This document shows positions 1-9,533 of a stretch of 64,000 bases of DNA, one piece after another; the stretch's first letter is position 1, and the number at the start of each line of letters is the position of its first letter. A program made the position numbers and the translations under genes. Under the pieces are notes generated by a model. That model had not been told where the DNA came from, ran no database searches, and saw only the letters and a list, made by a program, of their open reading frames with translations. This DNA is from a virus. The stretch spans positions 64,001-128,000 of the IMG/VR virus record IMGVR_UViG_3300005077_000565; one strand, 5' to 3'.

Positions 1-1
1 A

Positions 2-484
2 ACACTGGGACTACGTGGTAGTTCCGAATATAGAATCTATAGAAATTATCTAGAACAACGCCACAATATTTTGGAAACTGATGTTGTAATATTCTGTCAC
101 ACGCATCAGAGCAGAGTATTTCTCAAAGATTCAGACCGAACGTTATCAAGTCGACGACTTGAATCACATCCATGGTGTGATCTCTTGTTCAATGATGTGT
201 TTACTAAAAACGAACGCAAATTTATTAACGTACTTGAACAAATCTGGGACGACGATTATTTTGAGTATATGTATTCAAAAGTAGTTTCAGATTGTCAGTC
301 AGTAAAAAATAGCATACACATTACATTTTTTTCAGACATGGCTGCGAAATATAATTTTGTTGATTTTGGAGATTTTTTCCGTAGTTATCGTGGTAAAATA
401 AATCATCTAACCGATCAGGGAAATTTAGAAATCTATAAAGAGTTACAGAAAATAATTCACGGAGATATGTTACATGTATTTTGA
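2..484 (+). CDS. SGNH/GDSL-like hydrolase, 5'-partial (frame open to window edge)
   Basis: Frame upstream of track start 71 is open (TLGLRGSSEYRIY). C-terminal NHLTDQGN resembles the SGNH block V His region. Neighbours two SGNH-like genes. Confidence 0.5.
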   Translation, partial: TLGLRGSSEYRIYRNYLEQRHNILETDVVIFCHTHQSRVFLKDSDRTLSSRRLESHPWCDLLFNDVFTKNERKFINVLEQIWDDDYFEYMYSKVVSDCQSVKNSIHITFFSDMAAKYNFVDFGDFFRSYRGKINHLTDQGNLEIYKELQKIIHGDMLHVF

Positions 485-1064
485 AAATGAGTTTCAGCTA
501 GATGATTTCAAGAAAACACGTGGTCAACCAGAACTTCTGGGACTAGACGTTGCTGTTGGCTGTAGCTATACTTACGGGGATGGTGTTGATCCTGATCAGG
601 CCTGGCCGTCTCTCTTGAATACATTTAACCTAGGTCAAGGTGGATCTAGTAACGATAGCATTATGCGACGTTTAGTGCATTACATTAACAGATTTAATGA
701 TGTCAAAAATGTATATATATTATGGACACATCGACCAAGACGTGAGTATATTGATACTAATTCAAATGAATTTTGTACTTTTTATCCAAATTTAGCTGAA
801 TCACCAAGACAGATTGACACAGGTATGAAACTGGCGTTCATGGTATTACAAAATAAAAATTACGATGAATATAACATATTAAAAAATAAATTTATAGTAG
901 AAAGTATATGTAAAGTACACAATATAAATTTATTTCAGCTAGAAATAATAAACACAGATCCTTTTAAATTTGGTGTTGGTAGCGACGGATCACACCCAGA
1001 CCATCACTGGCATCGTCATGTTGCTGACATGTTTATTAATATGAAACGTGCGCATAATAATTAA
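474..1064 (+). CDS. SGNH/GDSL-family hydrolase or acyltransferase
   Basis: Motifs VAVGCSYTYG (block I Ser), NLGQGGSSN (block II), DGSHP (DxxH). Confidence 0.7.
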   Translation: MYFENEFQLDDFKKTRGQPELLGLDVAVGCSYTYGDGVDPDQAWPSLLNTFNLGQGGSSNDSIMRRLVHYINRFNDVKNVYILWTHRPRREYIDTNSNEFCTFYPNLAESPRQIDTGMKLAFMVLQNKNYDEYNILKNKFIVESICKVHNINLFQLEIINTDPFKFGVGSDGSHPDHHWHRHVADMFINMKRAHNN

Positions 1065-1078
1065 TTTTGGAGTTATTG

Positions 1079-1669
1079 ATGTTTTTTAAAGAAAAATTTA
1101 ATGAAAATAATTTATATTACCCTGTTAGATATCCTGATCGACTAGGTAGTGATTTGGCAATCGGTTGCGGGTATACATACGGTGTTGGGGTTGAAGATCA
1201 GCAAGACTGGCCGTCAATATTAGGGTTATATAATCTAGGTCAAGAAGGCGTTAGTAATGATTTCATAGTCAGATTAGCAATTCAATACATAAATCGATTC
1301 CCGAAAATTCAAAATGTATACGTGCTGTGGACCCACTACTCAAGACGAGAATATGTAGATGATTCAAAAAAAATTATACCTTATTTTCCTGAGGCAGTTA
1401 CTGACAGTCATTATAAATCATATGAGTGGCTCAACTCAATGAAAGTAATATCAACTGTTGCAAATGATCGTTATAATTATGAAAAAAATAAAGTTATGAT
1501 GGAATTGGCATGCCGGCGACACAATATACGACTGCATCAGATTTCAGTAGAAGAAACGCAGCACTGGGTCGGTCCAAGATCAAGTAACGAATTTTATCCA
1601 GATTACTCCTGGCATTTGAAAGTAGCAACCATGTTCAAAAATATATCAATTACTGGCGTACAACACTGA
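1079..1669 (+). CDS. SGNH-like paralogue with degenerate catalytic residues
   Basis: Colinear paralogue of 474..1064, but GCGYTYG (Ser to Gly) and NEFYP in place of DGSHP. ATG 1079 follows GGAG. Confidence 0.65.
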   Translation: MFFKEKFNENNLYYPVRYPDRLGSDLAIGCGYTYGVGVEDQQDWPSILGLYNLGQEGVSNDFIVRLAIQYINRFPKIQNVYVLWTHYSRREYVDDSKKIIPYFPEAVTDSHYKSYEWLNSMKVISTVANDRYNYEKNKVMMELACRRHNIRLHQISVEETQHWVGPRSSNEFYPDYSWHLKVATMFKNISITGVQH

Positions 1670-1678
1670 CACTACAGA

Positions 1679-2995
1679 ATGCACAACAACTCAATGATTA
1701 CCCAACATTTCTGCTATGCGGCATTTACGCATGCCATGGTGGACAATAATAATTCATTTAGACTTTGTTGTCTGAATGAAACTCCCATGGGGTCTTTGAA
1801 TCAGTCGACCTTTTCCGAAATCTGGCAATCGGAAAAATACCAAAAAGTCAGACAGTCTATGATAGACGGGAAACCAATCCCTGGCTGTGAAATATGTTAT
1901 CGAACTGAACAACTGGGTAGCGTGTCAGACCGACAGACCTACAATCAGCGTTATAGTGATATATTTCCTGATGTAAATGTTGCGACCGGAAACAGTGAAA
2001 ACTTTCCAGTCAGTTATGATCTAAGATCCAGTAATCTATGTAATTTAAAGTGTCTGATGTGTGGCCCGGGAAGCAGCCACTTAATTTCTCGCGAAATTTT
2101 AGAAAACCAGGATTTGTTTTCGTTAAATGCCGACAATACTGGTACAATTGTTCATGATCGCCTAGCGGCAGAACCAATGCCTTTGAAAATGTCCACTAGT
2201 TGGTTTCAGGGCCTGCAGGAAAGCATCGTGTCCACTAAACCACTTAGTCTTACACTTTTGGGTGGTGAGCCCACCGTGATCCCAGAATATTATAATTTAT
2301 TAAACAAATTAATTGATGCCAATAATACCGCGGGTTATCTGATGTTTGTCACCAATCTAACAAATTTAAATGAAAACTTTAGGCGAATTATAACTGAATT
2401 TGACAGCGTTGATGTTGTGTGCAGTCTGGATGGTTTCGGTAAAACTGTAGAGTATATAAGATACCCTTTAAATTTTGAACAATGGCGAACTAATTTTGAG
2501 CGATTAGTAGAAATAGCCGCTGAAAAAAATAAAATTAAACCCAATAGTCTACGAATTGCAATACATTCTGTAATACAGATATTAAATGTACACCGACTTC
2601 CAGATTTTATAGGGTTTATAAAACAATATGAATCTTATGATTTTGTTAGATTCAGTTTCAATAATGTTATAACTGGCTACGGCCGTGGCCCATTTGATCT
2701 AAAGTATATCGATGCCACTGAGCGTGCCGCCATTGTCTCCAGGGTTCGTGCTGTATTTTCAGAAGAATTAATAAAATCCAGCAGACTTTCCAATATCATA
2801 GATCAACTGGAATTAGACCTGCCGGTGCCATCAGAGCAAGACTGGAATAACTTAACAATATTTTTACTCAAGCGCGATATTGCTCGTGGCATATCAGTTG
2901 CCGATTACGCACCCGACGTATATAAATTAATTGCTGACCGTTATAGCAAATATCATAAAATTATGTTAAAATATAAAAAAGGTATAGATCAATGA
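1679..2995 (+). CDS. Radical SAM protein with N-terminal SPASM/twitch-like Cys domain
   Basis: CNLKCLMC, LLGGEP; N-terminal CYAAF..LCC..CEICY. Confidence 0.9.
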   Translation: MHNNSMITQHFCYAAFTHAMVDNNNSFRLCCLNETPMGSLNQSTFSEIWQSEKYQKVRQSMIDGKPIPGCEICYRTEQLGSVSDRQTYNQRYSDIFPDVNVATGNSENFPVSYDLRSSNLCNLKCLMCGPGSSHLISREILENQDLFSLNADNTGTIVHDRLAAEPMPLKMSTSWFQGLQESIVSTKPLSLTLLGGEPTVIPEYYNLLNKLIDANNTAGYLMFVTNLTNLNENFRRIITEFDSVDVVCSLDGFGKTVEYIRYPLNFEQWRTNFERLVEIAAEKNKIKPNSLRIAIHSVIQILNVHRLPDFIGFIKQYESYDFVRFSFNNVITGYGRGPFDLKYIDATERAAIVSRVRAVFSEELIKSSRLSNIIDQLELDLPVPSEQDWNNLTIFLLKRDIARGISVADYAPDVYKLIADRYSKYHKIMLKYKKGIDQ

Positions 2996-4479
2996 TTAGA
3001 TGGGGAATAACTGCGAACAGTCATGATGCCAGTGTGGCAGTTCTTGACGGTGACCGAATATTATTTGCAGCGCACAGTGAACGTTCTAGTGGGGCGAAAA
3101 ACGACCCTTTTTTAAATAAAAAAATATTATCTCAGGCACTGGAATTTGGTGAGCCTGAAGAAGTGCACTGGTATGAAACTGACTGGCTAAAACGAACACG
3201 ACAACTGTATGCCGGGCAGTGGTCCAGCGTGATAGATAACATAACCCCTGCAGAAACACTGGATGCTTTTGGTGTCAGCGCACATTTAACCCAGCATCGG
3301 CATCATGCTAGTCATGCTGCGGCCGGCTGGTATACTGCGCCGTTTCAAGAAGGTGCAATACTGGTAATTGACAGTATTGGTGAATGGGAATCACTGACAA
3401 TGTGGACTGGCCAGGGCACCAGTATGGTTAAACGATTTAGTCAGAATTACCCCGACAGTGTCGGCCTCTGGTACAGTGCCATGACACAACGTATTGGTCT
3501 AAAACCCAACGAAGAAGAATATATACTCATGGGCATGGCGGCCGCAGGCGACCCGGAACGATTTGTCACAGATATATTTGAAGACTTCTTTCATCCACTG
3601 ACGCCGGGAAGTCTAAAAATAAAATTAAAATACAACCTCCATCGCGGCTGTAGATGGTGGCGCCCTGAATTAACAGAATTTCAAGATCTTGCAGATATTG
3701 CAGCCGGAACTCAGGCAGTCTATGAAAAAATATTTGAGCATCTAGTTAAAACCACACAGGAATTGACAGGTCAGCGCAATTTAGTATTAATGGGCGGCTG
3801 TGCACTTAATTGTGTTGCCAACGGCCTAGCCTACAAATATTTTGAAAATGTCTGGATCATGCCCAATCCCGGCGACGCTGGCAGCAGTGTGGGGGCAGTG
3901 TTGAACCATATCAAAACCAAAATAGAGTATGTTACCCCCTATCTTGGCTACAGTATTGCTGGAAAGTATCCAGTTAACAGTGCATTAACGGAATTGCTTG
4001 ATACTGGTATTGTGGGCATTGCCAGCGGCGCGGCAGAATTTGGGCCCAGGGCCCTGGGCAATAGAAGTCTCATTGCCGATCCCCGCGGCCAGGAAATGAA
4101 GGATAAAGTTAATGCCATTAAGAAGCGTCAAGCCTTCCGTCCATTTGCACCAGTGATCAAACAGGAAAATCTACACCAACATTTTGAAATGCCTGCAGGA
4201 TGCAACGCCAGCCCCTACATGCAGTTCGTGGGTCGTTGCCGTCGTCCGGACCTGTACCCTGCAATAACTCACTTGGATGGCACTAGCAGGGTCCAGACTG
4301 TCACTGAACAACAACACCCTGATTTATACAGACTACTAACACTCTGGGAAGATCGTACTGGGTGCCCAATACTGCTGAATACCAGTTTAAATATCAAAGG
4401 CGAACCCATGGTTGATGACGAAGCCGACGCCAACCGCTGGGTAGAAAAATATAAAGTCAACGTAGTGACTTCAGATTAA
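2992..4479 (+). CDS. Carbamoyltransferase (NodU/CmcH/TobZ family)
   Basis: SHDASV, HHASHAA, GGCALNCVAN, EFGPRALGNRS, RPFAP, LNTSLN. Confidence 0.93.
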   Translation: MIRWGITANSHDASVAVLDGDRILFAAHSERSSGAKNDPFLNKKILSQALEFGEPEEVHWYETDWLKRTRQLYAGQWSSVIDNITPAETLDAFGVSAHLTQHRHHASHAAAGWYTAPFQEGAILVIDSIGEWESLTMWTGQGTSMVKRFSQNYPDSVGLWYSAMTQRIGLKPNEEEYILMGMAAAGDPERFVTDIFEDFFHPLTPGSLKIKLKYNLHRGCRWWRPELTEFQDLADIAAGTQAVYEKIFEHLVKTTQELTGQRNLVLMGGCALNCVANGLAYKYFENVWIMPNPGDAGSSVGAVLNHIKTKIEYVTPYLGYSIAGKYPVNSALTELLDTGIVGIASGAAEFGPRALGNRSLIADPRGQEMKDKVNAIKKRQAFRPFAPVIKQENLHQHFEMPAGCNASPYMQFVGRCRRPDLYPAITHLDGTSRVQTVTEQQHPDLYRLLTLWEDRTGCPILLNTSLNIKGEPMVDDEADANRWVEKYKVNVVTSD

Positions 4480-5666
4480 TGACAACGAATAAAAAAACTG
4501 CCAATCATGTAACTGCCAGGCCTTTTGTACAGGAAACATCATTCAAGAAGGATGACTACTGGGGTGAAGTCTGGGACCGCACCAAAAACTTTGGTGCCAA
4601 CGAGCGAGTGGCCAGCACCACCGGTAAATATTGTGCTAAACCATTTACCTGGTTTGAAATACAGATCGACGGTCGTGTGTTCATGTGCTGCCCTACCTGG
4701 CTACCTTATCCTGTGGGTAATGTATTTGAAAACACCATTTCTGAAATATGGAACAGCGAACGTGTGATTAAAATCAGAGAGTCTATCTACGATGGATCTT
4801 TTAAGTATTGTAACAAACCGCTGTGTCCTGATATACAGGCTGGGTATCTGAAAGACTTAAATGAAATACCGGCCGCTGATCGTTGGATAGTTGACCAGAC
4901 TGGGTTTCCGAAAAATATAAATTTTAGCACTGACGAGAGCTGCAATTTAAGTTGCCCCAGTTGCCGTACCAGCAAAATTCTGCATAGTTCTGGTCCTGAT
5001 TACGACCATCGTCAATTATTAGACGATAAAATTTGGTCTGAAATAATGGCAAGACCCAAGGACATAGACATTAATATACACATTACTGGCAGCGGTGACC
5101 CTTTTGGTAGTAAAATATTTCGTGAGCGCCTCCTCAGTCTAGACGCCACAGAGCGCCCAAACATGCGCTTCCATTTTAAAACCAATGGTGTAATGCTGAC
5201 GCCAAAAATCTGGGAACAATTACATCGTATACATCGAAACATAAAAAATATACACATTAGTTTTGATGCCGGCACTGAACAAACCTATAACATAACACGT
5301 CGCGGTGGTGATTGGAATACATTAATTGAAAATATGCGAGCTCTGGACCCAATAGCACGCGACAACGGTATACAATTATTCTATGATTATGTAGTTCAGG
5401 CTGCTAATGCAACTGAAATGCTGGATTTTTGTAAACTAATTAATGAAATTAGTCCAAATTATTATCTCCTACATTTTACACGTATCAGTGACTGGGGGAC
5501 CTGGCCCACACAGGAATTCGAGCGTCAGGCAGTCTGGATGGAGTCACATCCCGATCATCAGGCCTGGTTGCAGCATATTGCCAATCCAGAGTTTGATAAA
5601 TATCGCATTAACTGGGCAAATAATGCGCAGTTTAGAAAAATTGCAATAGAAAAATTCCGAGGTTAA
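4479..5666 (+). CDS. Radical SAM protein with N-terminal SPASM-like domain
   Basis: CNLSCPSC, ITGSGDPF; N-terminal YCAKPF..MCCP..YCNKPLCP. Confidence 0.88.
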   Translation: MTTNKKTANHVTARPFVQETSFKKDDYWGEVWDRTKNFGANERVASTTGKYCAKPFTWFEIQIDGRVFMCCPTWLPYPVGNVFENTISEIWNSERVIKIRESIYDGSFKYCNKPLCPDIQAGYLKDLNEIPAADRWIVDQTGFPKNINFSTDESCNLSCPSCRTSKILHSSGPDYDHRQLLDDKIWSEIMARPKDIDINIHITGSGDPFGSKIFRERLLSLDATERPNMRFHFKTNGVMLTPKIWEQLHRIHRNIKNIHISFDAGTEQTYNITRRGGDWNTLIENMRALDPIARDNGIQLFYDYVVQAANATEMLDFCKLINEISPNYYLLHFTRISDWGTWPTQEFERQAVWMESHPDHQAWLQHIANPEFDKYRINWANNAQFRKIAIEKFRG

Positions 5667-5667
5667 T

Positions 5668-6873
5668 GTGTCCGAGCAAAAACCAAAACAAAAATTAGAC
5701 CACATCACAGCAAAGCCATTTGTTGATGACAATGAAATACTGAACAGCAGATTCTGGGGTAGTGTTCATACTAGAAAACGTAATTTTAACAGTACCGAGC
5801 ATCATATATCTCCGGCTGGTAAGTATTGTGACAAGCCCTTTACCTGGCTGGAGTTTAATGGACACGGTCGAGCCTTTATGTGTTGTCCAACCTGGTTGCC
5901 CTACTCTGTTGGCGACGTTTCCGTGGATAGTATATCATCAATCTGGAACGGCGTACGTGCCAAGATGATAAGGCGTTCAATTTTTGACGGTTCCTACAAA
6001 TACTGTAATGTACCACTGTGTCCGGATATTCAATCTAATATATTACCGGAATTGTCTACTATTGATCAATCGCAACGCTGGACAGTTGACCCCACTGGTT
6101 TCCCTAAACATATTATTTTCAGTACTGATGAAAGTTGTAATCTTTCTTGTCCTAGCTGCAGGATTGGAAAAGTACTGCATGCTGATGGTCCTGAATACGA
6201 AAGGAGAAAACGTCTAGACGACAAAATCTGGGATGAAATACTGGCACAGCCTCTGGATATTGACTTGACTATACATATCACTGGCAGTGGCGATCCTTTT
6301 GGTAGCAAGGTTTTTCGAGAACGTCTACTGGGGCTAGATTTAACTGAGCGTCCAAATATAAAAATAGTTCTTAAGACCAATGGGGTGATGTTAACTCCTA
6401 AAATCTGGGGGCAACTACACCGCATACACCGAAACATAACTGCTATAAACATTAGTTTCGACGCCGCCACTGAAAAAACATACAACCTAATACGTCGCGG
6501 CGGACACTGGCCCACGTTGCTGGAAAATGTCCGGCATCTGGATCCATTGGCTAAAGAACTTGGTATTCGACTTTTCTATGATTACGTAGTACAGTTTAGC
6601 AACTCTGCGGAACTACTGCCCTTCTGTAAACTTATAGCGGAAATAAGTCCCAGCTATCAGCATGTGCAATTTACACGCATCAGTGACTGGGGCACCTGGC
6701 CCAGGCCACAGTTTGAGCACGAAGCTATCTGGATGGCCACTCACCCACATCATGAAAATTGGCTAATGCATATTTCAGATCCCGAGTTCAACAAATACCG
6801 TGTACACTGGTCTAATAATTCTCAATTCAGACGTCAGGCCATTGAAAAATATGGTCCGCGGAGCAACATATGA
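5668..6873 (+). CDS. Radical SAM protein, tandem paralogue of 4479..5666
   Basis: CNLSCPSC, ITGSGDPFGS; colinear with the upstream gene along its length. Confidence 0.88.
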   Translation: MSEQKPKQKLDHITAKPFVDDNEILNSRFWGSVHTRKRNFNSTEHHISPAGKYCDKPFTWLEFNGHGRAFMCCPTWLPYSVGDVSVDSISSIWNGVRAKMIRRSIFDGSYKYCNVPLCPDIQSNILPELSTIDQSQRWTVDPTGFPKHIIFSTDESCNLSCPSCRIGKVLHADGPEYERRKRLDDKIWDEILAQPLDIDLTIHITGSGDPFGSKVFRERLLGLDLTERPNIKIVLKTNGVMLTPKIWGQLHRIHRNITAINISFDAATEKTYNLIRRGGHWPTLLENVRHLDPLAKELGIRLFYDYVVQFSNSAELLPFCKLIAEISPSYQHVQFTRISDWGTWPRPQFEHEAIWMATHPHHENWLMHISDPEFNKYRVHWSNNSQFRRQAIEKYGPRSNI

Positions 6874-7640
6874 AAATTCAGTTACTGTCACTCCCGCGAT
6901 CTGGTAGTACCTATCTTTATGGAGTTCTAAGAAATGCAGTCGCCCCTGCGCAACCAGTGGACATGTTTAACGAACCCTTTAATTTTAATGCTAGGTATCG
7001 TCAAACTATGCCAGACGTCCGTAAAATTGAAATAATACAGCAAAAAATACAGCAATGTAAAAACACCACAGATTTGGTGATAAAAAATCACATAAATCAT
7101 TTTGATAATATTAACCAATATCATCTTAAAGATGAGTTTAACAGTATCAGCTGGGATACTATTGTACTAATACGGCGCGATCTTTTTAAAACTGCTATCA
7201 GCCTATCCACAAGTCGCCTAAATAAAGAATGGATAAAGTATCGAGAAGTACAAACTCCATTTAAAATTGATCCAGAATTTTTTATAGATCAATTACATTA
7301 TGTGGTTAGTATGATTCATGACATAACTCACAATGTGCACAGTTTTAGATATAGTCAGGTGTTGTTTTACGAAGGTCTAACTTTTAATCATGAGTCTGAC
7401 TTTAACCGAATTTCGTTTAATCCGCAATTTGACATTGATCGCAGGCGCGACCTTTTCCCCGATCACCCTATGTTTGTTGAAGAATTACACTGGGTTGACA
7501 AGGCCCCGGATAAGCAATTATTAATTGAAAATTATGGCGAATTGGAATCGTTGGCCAGGCAGACTCTAGCTAAAGTCCGTGATCGAAGATTTGCGATCAG
7601 GGGCACCAAGTTAGTCAATGTAGTTTGTAAAATGAATTGA
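6870..7640 (+). CDS. Sulfotransferase-like protein (P-loop sulfotransferase fold)
   Basis: N-terminal SLPRSGSTYL 5'-PSB loop, FNEPF, LIRRDLFKTAIS (3'-PB-like R..S), FYEGL. Confidence 0.7.
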   Translation: MKIQLLSLPRSGSTYLYGVLRNAVAPAQPVDMFNEPFNFNARYRQTMPDVRKIEIIQQKIQQCKNTTDLVIKNHINHFDNINQYHLKDEFNSISWDTIVLIRRDLFKTAISLSTSRLNKEWIKYREVQTPFKIDPEFFIDQLHYVVSMIHDITHNVHSFRYSQVLFYEGLTFNHESDFNRISFNPQFDIDRRRDLFPDHPMFVEELHWVDKAPDKQLLIENYGELESLARQTLAKVRDRRFAIRGTKLVNVVCKMN

Positions 7641-7664
7641 CTATACTGACATATATGTTATATT
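7637..7664 (+). promoter_or_regulatory. Sigma70-like promoter upstream of the APS kinase gene
   Basis: TTGACT-16 nt-TATATT with extended TG. Confidence 0.45.
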
Positions 7665-7674
7665 ATTACTAATT

Positions 7675-8097
7675 ATGAAAATTCTTATTTTTGGATTACC
7701 CGGCAGCGGCAAGAGCACACTGGCAAAACCTTTTTCAGAACTAATTGGTGGAGTCTGGCTGAATGCCGATCAGGTTCGTGAAGAATACAACGACTGGGAT
7801 TTTACACCCGAGGGGCGTATTCGACAGGCACAACGTATGAGATATCTTGCCGACGGTGTCGTGAAAGCAGGAAAGATTGCAGTGGCAGATTTCGTTTGCC
7901 CTACAGAGAAAGCTCGTCTGGAGTTTGCACCTGACTACACCGTCTGGATGGACACCATCAAGTCTGGTCGTTTTGAAGATACCAATAAAATTTTTGAAAT
8001 CCCGGCCAACTACGACTACCATGTCGCCAATTGGTTTGACGATACACACGAGCAGCTAGCCAAAGTAGTGGCTGCCTATATGCGTCGTGGGGGTTAA
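7675..8097 (+). CDS. cysC: Adenylyl-sulfate (APS) kinase-like protein
   Basis: GLPGSGKSTLA P-loop, LNADQVR, DFTPEGRIRQ, FVCP. Confidence 0.75.
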   Translation: MKILIFGLPGSGKSTLAKPFSELIGGVWLNADQVREEYNDWDFTPEGRIRQAQRMRYLADGVVKAGKIAVADFVCPTEKARLEFAPDYTVWMDTIKSGRFEDTNKIFEIPANYDYHVANWFDDTHEQLAKVVAAYMRRGG

Positions 8098-8292
8098 ATG
8101 GCAGAGTCACAGCGAAGATCACTGCTTAAAGCCATTAGCTGGCGTGTAACTGGTACTGTTGACACTTTCATCATCAGCTGGTTCATCACAGGGGAACCAC
8201 TGTTGGCTACCGGCATAGCCGCCACAGAAGTAGTTACCAAGATAGTCTTATACTATGTTCATGAAAGAGTATGGAGTAAAATAAATGTTTGA
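8098..8292 (+). CDS. DUF2061-type small membrane protein
   Basis: RSLLKAISWR..YYVHERVW signature. Confidence 0.8.
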   Translation: MAESQRRSLLKAISWRVTGTVDTFIISWFITGEPLLATGIAATEVVTKIVLYYVHERVWSKINV

Positions 8293-8326
8293 TTGGAAAA
8301 AACCCACCACCCAGATGCTGGGCTGA
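8285..8326 (+). pseudogene. Orphaned original 5' end of the nucleotidyltransferase gene (MFDWKKPTTQMLG*)
   Basis: 13-codon ORF matching the N-terminus MKKFDWQRPCTQVLG of 9116..9532. Its ATG overlaps the end of the DUF2061 gene. Confidence 0.8.
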
Positions 8327-9160
8327 TGCCACAAAATGATAAATAACTTTGTAGGATAAAAGTTATGGACTCATTTGTATATCGTTGGACTAACAAAACG
8401 CTGAATAAAATTTATATAGGATTCCACAAAGGTACGGAAGATGATGGCTACATTTGTTCGTCTGCTTCCAAAAAGTTTTGGGAAGATTTTAATAACCCCG
8501 CATACGTTTGGCAACGTGAAATATTATACAGGGGTATTATGAAAGAGTGTCAAGAAGTTGAACGTAAATTATTAGATGAGTTAGACATTACGTCAGAAGA
8601 TGTGTATAATCAACGAAATAATTTAATGTTTAATTTAGACAACGAAGTTAGAAATAAACTAAGCGAAGCGGCTAAAAAAAGAAATCAGAATCCTGAATAT
8701 ATTGAAAAGTTAAGGCAAGCAAGTAGAAAACAATGGGAGAATCCAGAACACCGACTTAACGTTAGTAAAGCAAACACTGGAAAAAAACATTCAAGTGAAA
8801 CAAAACAAAAGATAAAAGAAGCAAGGGCAAAACAATTAATCACTCCCGAATCAAGAATGAAAGCTGCTGAAAAATTAAAAGGCCATTCGGTATCAGTTGA
8901 AACACGACAAAAAATCAGTAAAGCACGTTTGGGAAGAAAGGTTGATAAGGAAACAATTTCGAAACGGTATGGAATAGAAACACCATATGGAATTTTTGAA
9001 AGTGTGTCTGCTTTTTTACGATACTCTAAAGAACATAGTTTGTATAAACTTAAAGATAAGTCATCTGTAATGAGACGGTTAAATGACTTCAATAATAACG
9101 AATGGAGATATCTAAATGAAAAAATTTGATTGGCAACGGCCATGTACACAAGTATTAGGA
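8327..9160 (+). mobile_element. Homing-endonuclease insertion carrying a replacement N-terminus for the target gene (boundaries approximate)
   Basis: A-rich segment between two diverged copies of the same 13 codons; encodes a GIY-YIG nuclease. Confidence 0.7.
8365..9129 (+). CDS. GIY-YIG homing endonuclease with NUMOD3-like repeats (Seg-like)
   Basis: FVYRWTN..KIYIGFH..DGYICS, conserved E in QEVERKL, YN; repeats GKKHSSETKQKI and GHSVSVETRQKIS. Confidence 0.88.
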   Translation: MDSFVYRWTNKTLNKIYIGFHKGTEDDGYICSSASKKFWEDFNNPAYVWQREILYRGIMKECQEVERKLLDELDITSEDVYNQRNNLMFNLDNEVRNKLSEAAKKRNQNPEYIEKLRQASRKQWENPEHRLNVSKANTGKKHSSETKQKIKEARAKQLITPESRMKAAEKLKGHSVSVETRQKISKARLGRKVDKETISKRYGIETPYGIFESVSAFLRYSKEHSLYKLKDKSSVMRRLNDFNNNEWRYLNEKI

Positions 9161-9532
9161 AGATTTCAGCCCTGGCATGCTGGTCATACTGCTTTGTTTA
9201 AGCGAGCGCTGCTGGAGACCGGACAGGTGTGTATTATGATTCGCGATGTCGGCGGCATTGTAGGCGCAGATGCTGGTGCAGGGCGCACTGCGGCACAGAC
9301 CGACAACCCGTTTGATTTAGAAACTGTTAAAACCAACATCATTAACGCTCTGGGAGCTGAAGGATTCGTCTACAATAATGACTACATTATTATGTTGGTG
9401 CCCAACATTGTGGACATCAGCTATGGCCGTGGTGTAGGGTACACGTTTACCCAGCATGATCTTGGTGAAGAAATTCACGCTATCAGTGCTACACAAATAC
9501 GTGCGCAACTGCGTGCAGAAGGTAAACTATAA
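9116..9532 (+). CDS. HIGH-superfamily nucleotidyltransferase (cytidylyltransferase-like; possible minimal ATP sulfurylase)
   Basis: GRFQPWHAGH, DNPF, ISATQIR. Confidence 0.8.
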   Translation: MKKFDWQRPCTQVLGRFQPWHAGHTALFKRALLETGQVCIMIRDVGGIVGADAGAGRTAAQTDNPFDLETVKTNIINALGAEGFVYNNDYIIMLVPNIVDISYGRGVGYTFTQHDLGEEIHAISATQIRAQLRAEGKL

Positions 9533-9533
9533 T

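Noticed and set aside
8327-9160. Group I intron carrying the GIY-YIG gene
   Set aside because: Only 38 nt lie before the nuclease ATG and its stop overlaps the downstream start, leaving no room for a ribozyme core. The downstream gene has its own complete N-terminus, so splicing is unnecessary.
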